Program-made: the position numbers and the translations under genes
In this document: positions 31,895 to 42,310 of the stretch, piece by piece
Layout: each line of letters starts with the position of its first letter
How positions within the stretch are numbered: position 1 is the stretch's first letter
The notes under the pieces: model-generated
The model's database searches: none
The model's input: the letters and a program-made list of their open reading frames with translations, nothing else
What the model was told of the DNA's origin: nothing
Origin: Spirochaetia bacterium
GTDB lineage: Bacteria; Spirochaetota; Spirochaetia; DSM-16054; Sediminispirochaetaceae
Direction of reading: 5' to 3'
Assembly: GCA_034520965.1 (NCBI GenBank)
Contig: JAXHMY010000002.1
Location: 256,001-320,000 of the forward strand
Length of the DNA: 64,000 bases

Positions 31895-32740
31895 TTATCC
31901 CCGGGGAGCGGTAGCCGGGTCAACGGGTTTTCCGTTTTTATATACAAAAAAGAAGAGCTTGGCGGTTTTTTCAATGGGGTTAATTCCCAGCCGTCCGATC
32001 ACGGTGCCGGAATCTACCCGCCGGCCTACTTCGACGTAGGTTGATTCATTGCCCCCGTAGGCGTAGATAAGCCCGTTAGCCGACTCTACCATGACCAGGG
32101 TTCCATACCCGCGGTACGGGGCAACCCACACTACCTTGCCGCTGCTGACCGATACTACCTGGTCACCTCGTTTGCCGCTAATTTGAGTGCCCTGCAGTTT
32201 ACCGTCGAGCTTGCTGCGGGTGCCCGCATGGGGCCAGAGCACCTCTTTTCCCTGAACAACATCACTGTAAGTGGGGGTTGAATTTGATGCTGGAGAGTTG
32301 TCCGACTCTTCAGAACCGGTTTCATTAGAGAAGCTGCCCTCGCTGTTTGGTTCTTTCTGATCACTTGCATCCGCCATAGAGCTGTCGGAGGATGGAAGCT
32401 GGATTACCTGCCCAATTTTGATAAGTGAATCCTTGTCAATATCGTTAAGATTGACCAACTCATCTACAGAAAAATCGTTACGCCGGGCGATACCGTAGAG
32501 GGTATCCCCTTTTTCAATGATATAGGTGTTCGGCACTTTTATACGAGTACCCGCTTTTAAGGCCCGCGGGTTTACAATACCGTTTGCCTGAATCAGAGAT
32601 TGGACGGAAACGTTGTATTCGCGGCCGATGCTGTAAAGGGTATCCCCCTTCTCAACCACGACTACCGTGTTATCAGCCCCGAGAGCTGCGAGTCCGCTCA
32701 TTATTCCAATTATCCAAATCCACATAAGTTGCTTTATCAT
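31895..32740 (-). CDS. LysM x2 + M23-like (NlpD-type) cell-wall protein
   Basis: Signal peptide, two EKGDTLY.I LysM repeats, C-terminal M23-like domain (GYG..V, PVDP) without obvious Zn-ligand histidines. Confidence 0.85.
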   Translation of the reverse strand: MIKQLMWIWIIGIMSGLAALGADNTVVVVEKGDTLYSIGREYNVSVQSLIQANGIVNPRALKAGTRIKVPNTYIIEKGDTLYGIARRNDFSVDELVNLNDIDKDSLIKIGQVIQLPSSDSSMADASDQKEPNSEGSFSNETGSEESDNSPASNSTPTYSDVVQGKEVLWPHAGTRSKLDGKLQGTQISGKRGDQVVSVSSGKVVWVAPYRGYGTLVMVESANGLIYAYGGNESTYVEVGRRVDSGTVIGRLGINPIEKTAKLFFFVYKNGKPVDPATAPRG

Positions 32741-32917
32741 CTCGGTCTAATCTTCGGTTAAACCACCCATAAACTCAATACCCCCACGACTTTTATGTTG
32801 TGCTTTTTGCCGCGCTTTCTTGCTGCACTTTCATGTGGAAATATTGCCATAAAGGGACACCTGAGATACAGTACCTAGTATGAAGATTGTTAAATCGATA
32901 ATAATAGAGGAACATAT

Positions 32918-35047
32918 ATGCTCATAAAAAACATTAAGAAAGTCTTTTTCGGGATAGTCTTGTGTGGAGTTCTCCTGAGCCTGTCGGCCGAGGGAATCGC
33001 TGAAGCACAGAGTACTTTTGGTAGTAATTTTAAGAGCCGTCGACCACAGCTAAATGAGACACTGCCGCTGCAGAAGGTAGTGCTGTTTTCCAGCGGTGTG
33101 GGGTACTTTGAACATCGCGGTTTTGTAGAAGGAGATACCGCCCTTCATGTCACCTTCGGAACTGAGGAGATGGCGGATATTCTCAAAAGCCTGGTGCTGC
33201 AGGATTACGACGGAGGGGCGATTGATTCAGTGCAGTATCAACCGCCCGAGCCCCTGGAACGTAAGTTACGCGATTTTTCGTTTAACCTGGATTCCAATAC
33301 ATCCTTTTACGAGCTGTTGCGACAAGCCCGGGGCGAGCAGATTGAGGTGCAGATCGAAAGTTCTCAGTCTCTCACCGGCCGGATTGTAGCCCTCGAAACC
33401 CAGGACGGCGGCGTTACAGAACCCTCCCAAAGGCAGATGACCCTGTACAGTGAAGGCAGTATGACCAGAGTAGCCTTGGATGAGGTGGTAAAACTGCGCT
33501 TTTCCGACCCTCTGCTTCAGATGGAACTGCAGGAAATCCTTACGGTGCTGGCGGAGGCTCGGCGAAGCGAACAACGCAGTTTAACGCTTCATTTTTCCGG
33601 CGAAGGCCGCCGGGAGGTGATGGTTGGCTACATCCGGGAGATGCCGGTATGGAAGACAACCTACCGGCTGGTTCAGCAGGAACCGGAACTGCAGAAAGCG
33701 GAGCAGCAGGAACTGGAGCAGGATGAAAAGGCCCCCACCCTGCTGCAGGGCTGGGCAGTGGCCGAAAACACTAGCAATATGGATTGGGACGAGGTAGAGC
33801 TGCAGCTGGTGGCCGGGCGCCCTATCTCCTTCAAAATGGATATTTACTCCTCTCTGTATGTGACCCGGCCGGAGCTTCTGCCGCAAGTACACACAAGCGC
33901 CCGTCCGCCCCTGTATGAAGAGGGATACTCCGGTGGTCAATCCCAGGAACCGGCAGCCCGCAGGCTTTTGGCTCCCCAGCAGATGGGGACGATGGACTAC
34001 CCCATGGAAAAGAGCTCATCCGCGGAACTCCGCAGCCCCAGGAATGAAAACTTTTCCTCCGGAGTCGCAGCGGCTGCATCCGGAACCGAGCAAGGCGGGT
34101 TGTTTGCGTACACTATCGATAGGCCGGTAAGCCTGGCCGGGCATTCGAGTGCCCTGCTGCCGATCGTTCAGCAGCCGGTTGAAGCCGAAAAGCTGTCGGT
34201 ATATGGGGCGCAAAGCACACGACCTCTGAAAAGCCTCTATTTGAAAAACACCACCGGCCTGCACTTAATGGGAGGCCCGGTTACACTTTTTGAGTCAGGT
34301 ATGTATGCCGGCGATGCCCGGTTTGAAGATATACTACCCGATAACCGCCGTCTGATTAGTTACGCCGAAGACTTATCCGTCCAGGTTGTCCGGGAGCAGG
34401 ATCCGCTCCCGGAGCAGGTGGTTAACCTGAGTATCAAAAAGGGAGTATTCAGCTATGTGAACAAGCAGCGTCGAGCTACCGAATATCGCCTGATACAGCA
34501 CGGTACTGAAACCTCAAAAATATTGGTTCAACATCCGAAGCGTACCGGCTGGGAGCTTGTACAGCCTGCAGAAGCTGAGGAGGAAACGGCCTCTTATTAT
34601 CGCTTTATTCGGGAGTTGAAGGAGGATGAGGAATCACAGCTGCTGAAAGTGGTGGAGGAGTATCCTCAGGAGCGGACCGTGCAAATTCGGAATCTCGACA
34701 GCGGGCAAATTAGTTTTTACCTAAAGAATGTAAACATGTCGGGGGAACTGCGAAGGGTTCTCGGCCGCATTCAAACCCTTCAGCAGAGGATCAATCAACT
34801 GCAGCGCCAAAAAGCCGATGTACAGTCCAAAATCGATTCAATCTACCGGGCACAGGAGCGTATCCGCAACAACATGGAACAGCTCGACCGAGATTCCGAA
34901 TTGTACCGTGAGTATGCGGCCCGACTCGGACGCCAGGAAGTAGAGCTTGATGCACTCGAAGCAAGACTCGACACACACAGCACACAGGTTCGTAGCACTG
35001 AAAATGAATTAGACAATTTTCTGAGCAATCTAGAGATCGAATCATGA
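32918..35047 (+). CDS. Exported DUF4139-like protein with C-terminal coiled coil
   Basis: Signal peptide; VVLFSSGVGYFE, DILKSL, PVWKTTYRL, LQGWAVAENT..DW, QERIRNNM. Confidence 0.7.
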   Translation: MLIKNIKKVFFGIVLCGVLLSLSAEGIAEAQSTFGSNFKSRRPQLNETLPLQKVVLFSSGVGYFEHRGFVEGDTALHVTFGTEEMADILKSLVLQDYDGGAIDSVQYQPPEPLERKLRDFSFNLDSNTSFYELLRQARGEQIEVQIESSQSLTGRIVALETQDGGVTEPSQRQMTLYSEGSMTRVALDEVVKLRFSDPLLQMELQEILTVLAEARRSEQRSLTLHFSGEGRREVMVGYIREMPVWKTTYRLVQQEPELQKAEQQELEQDEKAPTLLQGWAVAENTSNMDWDEVELQLVAGRPISFKMDIYSSLYVTRPELLPQVHTSARPPLYEEGYSGGQSQEPAARRLLAPQQMGTMDYPMEKSSSAELRSPRNENFSSGVAAAASGTEQGGLFAYTIDRPVSLAGHSSALLPIVQQPVEAEKLSVYGAQSTRPLKSLYLKNTTGLHLMGGPVTLFESGMYAGDARFEDILPDNRRLISYAEDLSVQVVREQDPLPEQVVNLSIKKGVFSYVNKQRRATEYRLIQHGTETSKILVQHPKRTGWELVQPAEAEEETASYYRFIRELKEDEESQLLKVVEEYPQERTVQIRNLDSGQISFYLKNVNMSGELRRVLGRIQTLQQRINQLQRQKADVQSKIDSIYRAQERIRNNMEQLDRDSELYREYAARLGRQEVELDALEARLDTHSTQVRSTENELDNFLSNLEIES

Positions 35048-36981
35048 GGAGATGGTTTAATCGCTTACGTCTTCGATCAAAGCGAACATCCTTCACGTCC
35101 AACCTTGAATACCTGGGTGAAGACTTTATACAGCGGGTTACCAAAGCGGCACGGAAAGAAACCTGGGGCCGCACGGTTATTCAGCTGGCCTGGACTGCCG
35201 GCCCGGTTACCTATTTGGCCCTGCAAGGGGGCTATCTGCTTGGCTACGGCCAGAGCGCTCCTTCCAACCTGTTTATATACTTTGCCATTTACACCATAAT
35301 CGCCGGTGTATTTGCAATTTTAATGCGCTTCCTCTATCAACTTACCCGGGGCCAAGAATTGGAGAGAGCAGAGGCGGCTTTGAGCCAAGCTCTGGTGCGA
35401 CTGCCGGACCTGATATTCTTTGCCAGAAACCAAACACTGCTCTATTACGATAAGGAGAATCGGACCCTTCTCGCGGCCAAGTACCTGCTTGAGAACCCCG
35501 ATGCCTTTACGGAGACCGTAGGGGCTGCGGTGCAGGACGTGACCGGCGATGCGGTATTGGCCCATGCAGCCCAAAGAATCGAAATTTTTCGTAAAAACGG
35601 TTTGTATGCCCGTATTGAGGATGAACGAGTTCATATAGCCGATCGTCTTTCCAAAGCACTCGAGCAGGTGAAGCCCGCCTCCTCCACAGTCGCAGAACTG
35701 CTGCACCAACGCTTTACCGGTCGACCTCCAAGTAAGCAATCCGGCCGTATTCGCACTGAAGGCTTTATCGGCCGTGTGCTGGCCGCCGGGGAAGAACACT
35801 ATTTTGATACCATGACCCTTAATGATGCCGAAGAGGTATTTACCATCGCCTATGAACTATTGGCCGGACGAAACATACCGGTGTTCTCCCTGCATTATAT
35901 CGGTTCAAAAGAATTTACTGAAACTTCTGAGAATTTTGACCGCGCCAGACTTGCCTTCCGCAAAGAAGCCTACCTTCGCAACAGCAGATTAAGGACTTTA
36001 GCGGAGCTGTTTGCAGAATCGGACCCGGTTGATATTGTACCGGCCGCCGCCCCGGTGTTTACCACTGTGGAACGTATGTACGCCAATATTCTGCGGGCAC
36101 TCGACCAGCTCTACAAGGAGCTTAAAAAACAGACCAGCCATATGCCATTTCAACGCCGCAAACGTCATAGCAGTCAAGAGCTGCGGAGTAAGTTTGAACA
36201 ACTCCACACTGCAATAGAGCTGCATCGCTCACTACGAGCTGCCAATAATCAGCTGCACAAACGCTATGCCGCTCTGGTCCGAAGCGAGAAAAAATACAAT
36301 GAAGTCAAAGCCAACTCTGCCAAGCAGTTTCCCCTTCAGCTGGTAAAGCGCAGGGAACACAAAAGGGGCATAGAAATTGTGGAAAAACACATTGAACTTT
36401 CTAGGAGCAGCAAATTACGCTGTGCACGACAAGTGCAAAAACGTATCCACACTCTTGACCAAACCCCTCACCCCAAGCCTGAGGCTTATAAACAACTGGC
36501 CATCGATATTGCAATGACCCTGGAAAGGGACCTGAAAATCAGCCGCTTTGAAATACAATATGCAATCGAAAGCTCCAACGCGCCCTACCTCTCATCGATT
36601 GAACCCGATATGACCGCCGCCACCAAGGCCGGCATCGCAGTAGCTCTGGTGCATGAAGTTCAGAAGAATATAAGCACTCCGATTCAGCGGCTTGCCCATG
36701 TACTGGTTAATTATCATGGGATGCCGCTTAATCAGGACTCAATTGATTATTTAGTGGAACGCTACGGGGCAGACCCTAATCGCCTGGCGCAACTGCTGCC
36801 CGATCAGGAGAGCGCAGCATTCGGGTCTGAGCACGGTACGGAGGAATCAACCGAAGCGATACCGGATGGGGCTTTACAGCCAAGCGCAGCATCCCGGCCG
36901 CCGCATCTTCTTGAAATCAATCGGCTTGATAAAAAATATCAGGAACTTATAGATTACGCAGTCAGGATGCACATTCTTTAG
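35044..36981 (+). CDS. Hypothetical membrane protein, 645 aa
   Basis: Uninterrupted long ORF with ATGA coupling to the upstream gene; two N-terminal hydrophobic segments. Confidence 0.8.
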   Translation: MRRWFNRLRLRSKRTSFTSNLEYLGEDFIQRVTKAARKETWGRTVIQLAWTAGPVTYLALQGGYLLGYGQSAPSNLFIYFAIYTIIAGVFAILMRFLYQLTRGQELERAEAALSQALVRLPDLIFFARNQTLLYYDKENRTLLAAKYLLENPDAFTETVGAAVQDVTGDAVLAHAAQRIEIFRKNGLYARIEDERVHIADRLSKALEQVKPASSTVAELLHQRFTGRPPSKQSGRIRTEGFIGRVLAAGEEHYFDTMTLNDAEEVFTIAYELLAGRNIPVFSLHYIGSKEFTETSENFDRARLAFRKEAYLRNSRLRTLAELFAESDPVDIVPAAAPVFTTVERMYANILRALDQLYKELKKQTSHMPFQRRKRHSSQELRSKFEQLHTAIELHRSLRAANNQLHKRYAALVRSEKKYNEVKANSAKQFPLQLVKRREHKRGIEIVEKHIELSRSSKLRCARQVQKRIHTLDQTPHPKPEAYKQLAIDIAMTLERDLKISRFEIQYAIESSNAPYLSSIEPDMTAATKAGIAVALVHEVQKNISTPIQRLAHVLVNYHGMPLNQDSIDYLVERYGADPNRLAQLLPDQESAAFGSEHGTEESTEAIPDGALQPSAASRPPHLLEINRLDKKYQELIDYAVRMHIL

Positions 36982-37731
36982 TTCTCCGCTTTTCCCTGGT
37001 TTTTAACGGCATCCATTGCCTTACGTACCCGCTCTTCATCGCCCAGATAGTATGAGTTAATCGGCGTTAAGTCTTCATCGTTCAATTCATACACCAAGGG
37101 CAGGCCCGTAGGAATATTGAGGTCGGGAATTTCTTCATCGGAGATTCCGTCTATATATTTTACCAGTGCCCGCAAGCTGTTTCCGTGGGCTGCAATGACC
37201 ACTTTTTTCCCCGACTTAAGTGCCGGAACAATAGTATCAAACCAATACGGCATAAAACGCTCGACGGTGTCCTTAAGACACTCGGTATGGGGTAATACCC
37301 CTTTATCCATCTGTGTGTACTGCTTTTCATTCAGCGGAAAACGTGAATCACTCTCCTCGAGCCTGGGAGGGGCTATGTCGTAGCTTCTGCGCCAAATGTG
37401 CACCTGCTCTCTCTCCTTCACGTTCGGCCGTTGCGGCCTTATTTAAGCCCTGCAGTGCTCCGTAATGGCGCTCGTTGAGACGCCAATGCTTTCGCACAGG
37501 AATCCATTGCAAATCGAGCTCCTCAAGCACGATGTTCAGCGTACGTATTGCCCGTTTCAGCACTGAAGTAAAAGCAATATCAAAGGTAAAACCCTTCTCC
37601 TTCAGCACCTTCCCCGCTTCATGGGCTTCGTGAACACCTCTTTCGGACAGGTCGACATCGGTCCACCCTGTAAATTTGTTCTCTTTATTCCAGACACTTT
37701 CTCCGTGTCGCAGCAGCACCAGCTTTATCAT
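36978..37731 (-). CDS. gpmA: 2,3-BPG-dependent phosphoglycerate mutase; frameshift near 37420
   Basis: [38 protein letters not shown]. Confidence 0.96.
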
Positions 37732-37777
37732 AAACTTACTCCTTTCCATTTTAAGATATAAAGACTAGGAACCGCAG

Positions 37778-38804
37778 TCAAATGGTGGGGGATATCTCCG
37801 TTATTTTCACCGGCCGGTGCTCGGCTAACGATTTTTTCGCAGCAAGCCCCATAACTGCCGGGTATTTCCCATCTTTTCCGGAAACAGGGGATGGGGTATC
37901 TTCTTTCACACAGCGTATGAATTGGGTGACCTCTTCAATATAGGAATCGACATAACGCTCCATAAAAAAATTGAGCGGTAAATCCTCCGACACGTGCTCC
38001 GGGCCGCTCAGCTGTACACGGTTTGGCGTATTGTTGTCGCTCCGGGCCATTCCTCGACTGCCGAAGACCTCCGCCCGCTGGTCATAGCCGTACACCGCCC
38101 GACGGCTGTTGTCGATGGAACCTATCACCCCGTTTTTGAAGGTAAGAGTTACCAGAGCTGTATCAACATCACCTGCTTCTCCAATCTCAGGATTCGACCT
38201 TCACCGAACCAAGCGCATACACCTCCTCCACTTCATCACCAATAAGGAAGCGTGCCATATCAAAATCGTGAATCATCATATCCAGAAATATTCCGCCGGA
38301 TACCTTCACATACTCTATCGGCGGAGGAGCAGGATCCCGGCTCGTAATTTTAAGTATGTGGGGTTCTCCCAGCTCGCCGGCAGCAATCAGGTCTCGGATG
38401 CGGCGGTAATTGGAATCGAAACGACGGTTGAAACCTATTTGCAGCTTAACCCCGCTTTTCTGAACCTCTTCAAGCGCTCGGTCAATTTGGTCCAGATCCA
38501 GGGCGATAGGTTTCTCACAAAAAGTGTGCTTCCCTGACCGGGCCGCCTCTTCCATAATCGCTGCATGGGTATCGGTGCTTGAGCAGATAAACACCATATC
38601 AATTAGGGGATCCTCTAGTATTTTGTGGTAGTCGCTGTAGTACTCCAGTATTCCGAGTTCTTCAGCACACTCTTCAGCGGCCTTCACGATCACATCTGAA
38701 ACAGCCTTTACCTGTATATTGGCTATTCGCGTATTAAGATGACGGGCATGAAGGCGTCCTATCCGTCCCGCTCCAATTATGCCGGCATTCAATTTTCCTT
38801 CCAT
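37778..38804 (-). CDS. iolG: myo-inositol 2-dehydrogenase; frameshift near 38190
   Basis: IIGAGRIG, CEKP, GFNRRFD, ITSRDP, SGGIFLDMMIHDFDMAR, YGYDQRAEV. Confidence 0.9.
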
Positions 38805-38805
38805 C

Positions 38806-39624
38806 TTAATGCTCCTTGCTTTCCCATATTTTTTTTATCATGTCCATTGCCAGTTCACTGTCTTCAGTCAAGCCCGCCTTCAAATTACCCTCCAGCGCAA
38901 AGCCTCCCGAATAGCCCAAGGAACTGAGATGCTGTAAAATTTTACTAAAGTCCATAGCCCCGTATCCGGGAAAGTAGCGGTTGTTATCGGAGAGGTGCAC
39001 ATTGTTGTAATATTTTGAGTATTTCTTCATCGATGCGAACATATCCTGTTCTTCAATATTCATGTGGAAGGTATCCGGGAGAATTTTCAGATAAGGACTC
39101 TTGCGAGGTTCAACCAGCCCCACCGCATCCTCTAAACTATTGGCGATTGAAGATTCGTAGCGGTTCGTGGCCTCCACCACCAAAGGTATTTTTGCATTCT
39201 CTGCGGCAGTCAATAATTCATCCAGGGAACGCCCAAACTGACTTTGGGCAATCCCAGGATACTCGACTTTCGGTCCTTTGAAAAAACCAAGAATAATTCC
39301 TACTTCACTTCCCGATAGAAATTCAATGACCTGCTGCAACTTGCGAACACTGCGCAGGCGCACTTCTTCATCCTTGTCGGAAAGGGAGAGACCATAGGTT
39401 TTTGCGGTGAGGCCGGAGGCAAAACTGGTTAGTTTTAGGTGATATCTTTCTAAAAATCGTACTATCCGTTCTAATGGTTCAGTGCCGGGATGAGCAATGT
39501 TCAGCTCCAGCCCATAGAAACCCAGTTGCTCCAGTTTTTCCAAGGCCTGTTGAAAGCTTTTGTCGGAGTCGAAATTGTCGGGGAGTGTCGTTTGCACGGA
39601 TAACCGTAATGCCGGATTGTTCAT
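38806..39624 (-). CDS. Sugar phosphate isomerase/epimerase (TIM barrel), probably IolO 5-keto-L-gluconate epimerase
   Basis: EATNRYE, DTFHMNIEE, VHLSDNNR..PG metal motifs; IolO assignment comes from the iolG/iolM/iolN context. Confidence 0.75.
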   Translation of the reverse strand: MNNPALRLSVQTTLPDNFDSDKSFQQALEKLEQLGFYGLELNIAHPGTEPLERIVRFLERYHLKLTSFASGLTAKTYGLSLSDKDEEVRLRSVRKLQQVIEFLSGSEVGIILGFFKGPKVEYPGIAQSQFGRSLDELLTAAENAKIPLVVEATNRYESSIANSLEDAVGLVEPRKSPYLKILPDTFHMNIEEQDMFASMKKYSKYYNNVHLSDNNRYFPGYGAMDFSKILQHLSSLGYSGGFALEGNLKAGLTEDSELAMDMIKKIWESKEH

Positions 39625-39672
39625 ACTTTACCTCCTGCTTATTTTTGAAAGTACCTGAACCATATATTTATC

Positions 39673-39718
39673 GTAAACGTTTACAGTTAAGTATGAAATG
39701 GAACTAATAATTTGTAAA
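39673..39718 (-). promoter_or_regulatory. LacI-type operator plus promoter of the epimerase-iolG operon
   Basis: Palindrome GTAAACGTTTAC (39673-39684) just downstream of minus-strand TTTACA-N17-CATACT. Confidence 0.75.
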
Positions 39719-39853
39719 GACTTTTCTAGTATTTGCACCTATTTGCAGTTATCTTTACCACCGAAAACGACCTTTCTTCTCTGGTGCTTACTTTTAGCGA
39801 AATAAAGCTGTGTTATGATGATTTATTTTACTGTAATTTTTAGCTGTTGATTT

Positions 39854-39994
39854 CAGGAATTCTAATTTTGGAAGTCTTTTGACTTCCAAAATTAAATAAC
39901 CTCAAACCCTTTAAGCTAAGTTAATTATCTTAAACAAAATGTGAGCATTCTAAATTTAAAAATTTTTTTAAAATTTTCAAATTTAGAATTGCTG
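39854..39994 (+). mobile_element. MITE copy 1 (141 bp) with 9-bp target duplication
   Basis: Ends CAGGAATTCTAATTTT / AAATTTAGAATTGCTG; flanked by TGTTGATTT at 39845-39853 and 39995-40003; homologous to 47982-48123. Confidence 0.88.
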
Positions 39995-40011
39995 TGTTGA
40001 TTTCTTTTAGC

Positions 40012-40040
40012 TTGCGTATTTCGTAAACGTTTGCTATTAT
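40012..40040 (+). promoter_or_regulatory. lacI-family gene promoter containing a second operator (autoregulation)
   Basis: TTGCGT-N17-TATTAT with GTAAACGTTTGC (40023-40034) in the spacer; ATG follows 10 nt after the -10. Confidence 0.72.
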
Positions 40041-40050
40041 TTTTGGTAAG

Positions 40051-41062
40051 ATGAACGCAACAATAAAGGATATAGCCAGTAAGGCCGAGGTTTCCTACGC
40101 TACGGTATCCAGGGCTTTGAACAATAAATACGGGGTAAACCCCGAAACCCGCAGCCGTATTCTGCAGATTGCAAAGGATTTGAACTACAGCCCGAATGCT
40201 ATTGCCCGCGGACTTGTAAGCAGCCGCAGCTACACATTAGGTCTTGTACTTCCGGATGTAACAAACCCCTACTTTCCAGCTGTAGCCGCCGGTATTGAAG
40301 CCTATTCGCAGGAGCGGGGCTACAGTGTGTTTCTCTGCAATACCAACTGGGAACGCCAGCGCGAGGATAACTATATTCAGTTGCTGGCAGAGAGACGTGC
40401 TGACGGAGTGATAATTGCTCCGGTGGGCGGAAGTATCAAAAAAGAACTGCAGAGCCTGCTGCCGACTGTATTTGTAAGCAACGCTCCCCGGCGAGACCGT
40501 ACACAGTTCTGTGGTCATCGACAACATCCGCGGTGGGTATCTGGCAACCAAGCATCTTATAGAATGCGGCTACAAAACAATAGGATTTATTGGTGTTTCG
40601 GAACACGGTATGGCGGATAACGACCGGTTAGAAGGTTATCGTCTAGCTTTTAATCGCTATGGCCTTGAACCGGAGGCCCGGTACATCAAGTTTGGTGATT
40701 TTCGGCAGCAAACCGGCTACAATATTATCCGTACTCTTATTGCGGACGGTGATTATCCGGAAGCACTTTTTGCCGAAAACGATGTGCTGGCTATCGGCAT
40801 TCTCCACGGCATCAAAGACAGTGGGCTCAGGGTTCCGGAAGATATTGCGTTGATCGGTTTTGACGATATTGCCTTCTCTTCCTACCAGGAGTTTCAGCTG
40901 AGCACCATTAATCAACCGAAGGAGCAAATGGGAAGAACTGCCGCAGAAATTCTTATTGAAGAAATTGAAAACAGCGAAAACCCACCGGCACCTCGAAGAG
41001 TAATCCTTGAACCGGAGCTTATTATCAGACGCAGCAGCTGCCGTGAGCAGTCTTTTACATAG
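40051..41062 (+). CDS. LacI family regulator of the inositol cluster; frameshift near 40490
   Basis: ATIKDIASKAEVSYATVSRALN, LNYSPNAIARGL, RVPEDIALIGFDD, LSTINQP. Confidence 0.92.
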
Positions 41063-41083
41063 ATTAATAACAGGAGGTGCCTT

Positions 41084-42286
41084 ATGGGCGAAAAAATGAA
41101 AGCGGTCCGGCTGTATGCGGACTGGGAACCCAAAGCCGATTTTAAACTAGGCTGGAAAGATGTCGAGTACACACAAACTTACCTCGGCAGTAAGGTGTGG
41201 CGGAACCCGCGACTGGAAATAGAAGAAGTAGATGTCCCTACTCCAGGTCCGGAGGAGGTTCTTATTGAAGTAAAGCAAGTAGGGATCTGCGGCAGCGATG
41301 TCCATATGGCACAATCCGACGACGACGGGTATATCTGGTATCCCGGCCTCACAGGCTTTCCTGCTACCCTTGGGCATGAACTGTCGGGAATAGTACGCTC
41401 GGCGGGTCCCGGAGCCTTCGACAAGAACACGAACCAGCCCTTTAAAGGCGGTGAGTGGGTCTGTGCCGAAGAGATGCTGTGGTGCGGTAAATGCAAGCCC
41501 TGCGCCGACGGCTACCCAAACCACTGTGAACGACTTGACGAAATCGGGTTCAACATCGATGGCGCCTTTGCCAAGTATATTGTTGTACCTGCTAAAGTTC
41601 TCTGGAGTCTTGATCCTCTTAAGGATAAATACAGCGAAGAAGATGTATTCCGGTTGGGAAGCATGGTCGAGCCCACTAGTGTAGCATACAACGCAGTGAT
41701 CGAACGCGGTGGGGGTATTCGTCCCGGCGACAACGTAGTTATCTGCGGAAGCGGACCAATCGGAATTGCGGCAATTGCCATTCTGAAACGGGCCGGCGCT
41801 GCAAAGGTCATACTCTCCGAACCAGAACCTGCGCGAGCAGAGTTAGGCAAGAAGATGGGTGCAGATTTTGTGGTAGATCCTCTAAAAGAGAATTTCGCAG
41901 AAAGGGTTCTGGAGCTCACCAACGGAATGGGTGCATCACTCTTTCTGGAAGCCACCGGTCTGCCGACCCAGGTATATCCGGGAATTGAGCAGGTCATCTG
42001 GGAGGGGAGAACCCTCAATAGTACCATTGTTGTGGTAGCCCGGGCGGATGCAAAGATGCCGGTTACCGGCGAAGTACTGCAGGTACGACGCGCCCGAATT
42101 GTAGGAGCTCAAGGCCACTCCGGTCATGGCACCTTTCCCAGAGTAATCGATGCTATGGCAAGTGGAATGAATATGCTGCCGATGATGACCAAGGAAATTT
42201 CCCTAGATGAGGTTCCTGAGCATATAGTGGCTCTGCGCACCGACCGCACAGAGACTAAAATAAGCTGTAAGAATCCCGGTGCTTAA
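41084..42286 (+). CDS. iolM: Zn-dependent dehydrogenase, scyllo-inosose 3-dehydrogenase-like
   Basis: GICGSDVH, LGHE, CGKCKPC..C; N-terminal YLGSKVWRNP and GAQGHSGHGTFPRVI as recalled for Thermotoga IolM. Confidence 0.8.
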   Translation: MGEKMKAVRLYADWEPKADFKLGWKDVEYTQTYLGSKVWRNPRLEIEEVDVPTPGPEEVLIEVKQVGICGSDVHMAQSDDDGYIWYPGLTGFPATLGHELSGIVRSAGPGAFDKNTNQPFKGGEWVCAEEMLWCGKCKPCADGYPNHCERLDEIGFNIDGAFAKYIVVPAKVLWSLDPLKDKYSEEDVFRLGSMVEPTSVAYNAVIERGGGIRPGDNVVICGSGPIGIAAIAILKRAGAAKVILSEPEPARAELGKKMGADFVVDPLKENFAERVLELTNGMGASLFLEATGLPTQVYPGIEQVIWEGRTLNSTIVVVARADAKMPVTGEVLQVRRARIVGAQGHSGHGTFPRVIDAMASGMNMLPMMTKEISLDEVPEHIVALRTDRTETKISCKNPGA

Positions 42287-42310
42287 ACACGTTAAATAAG
42301 GAGATGAAAC

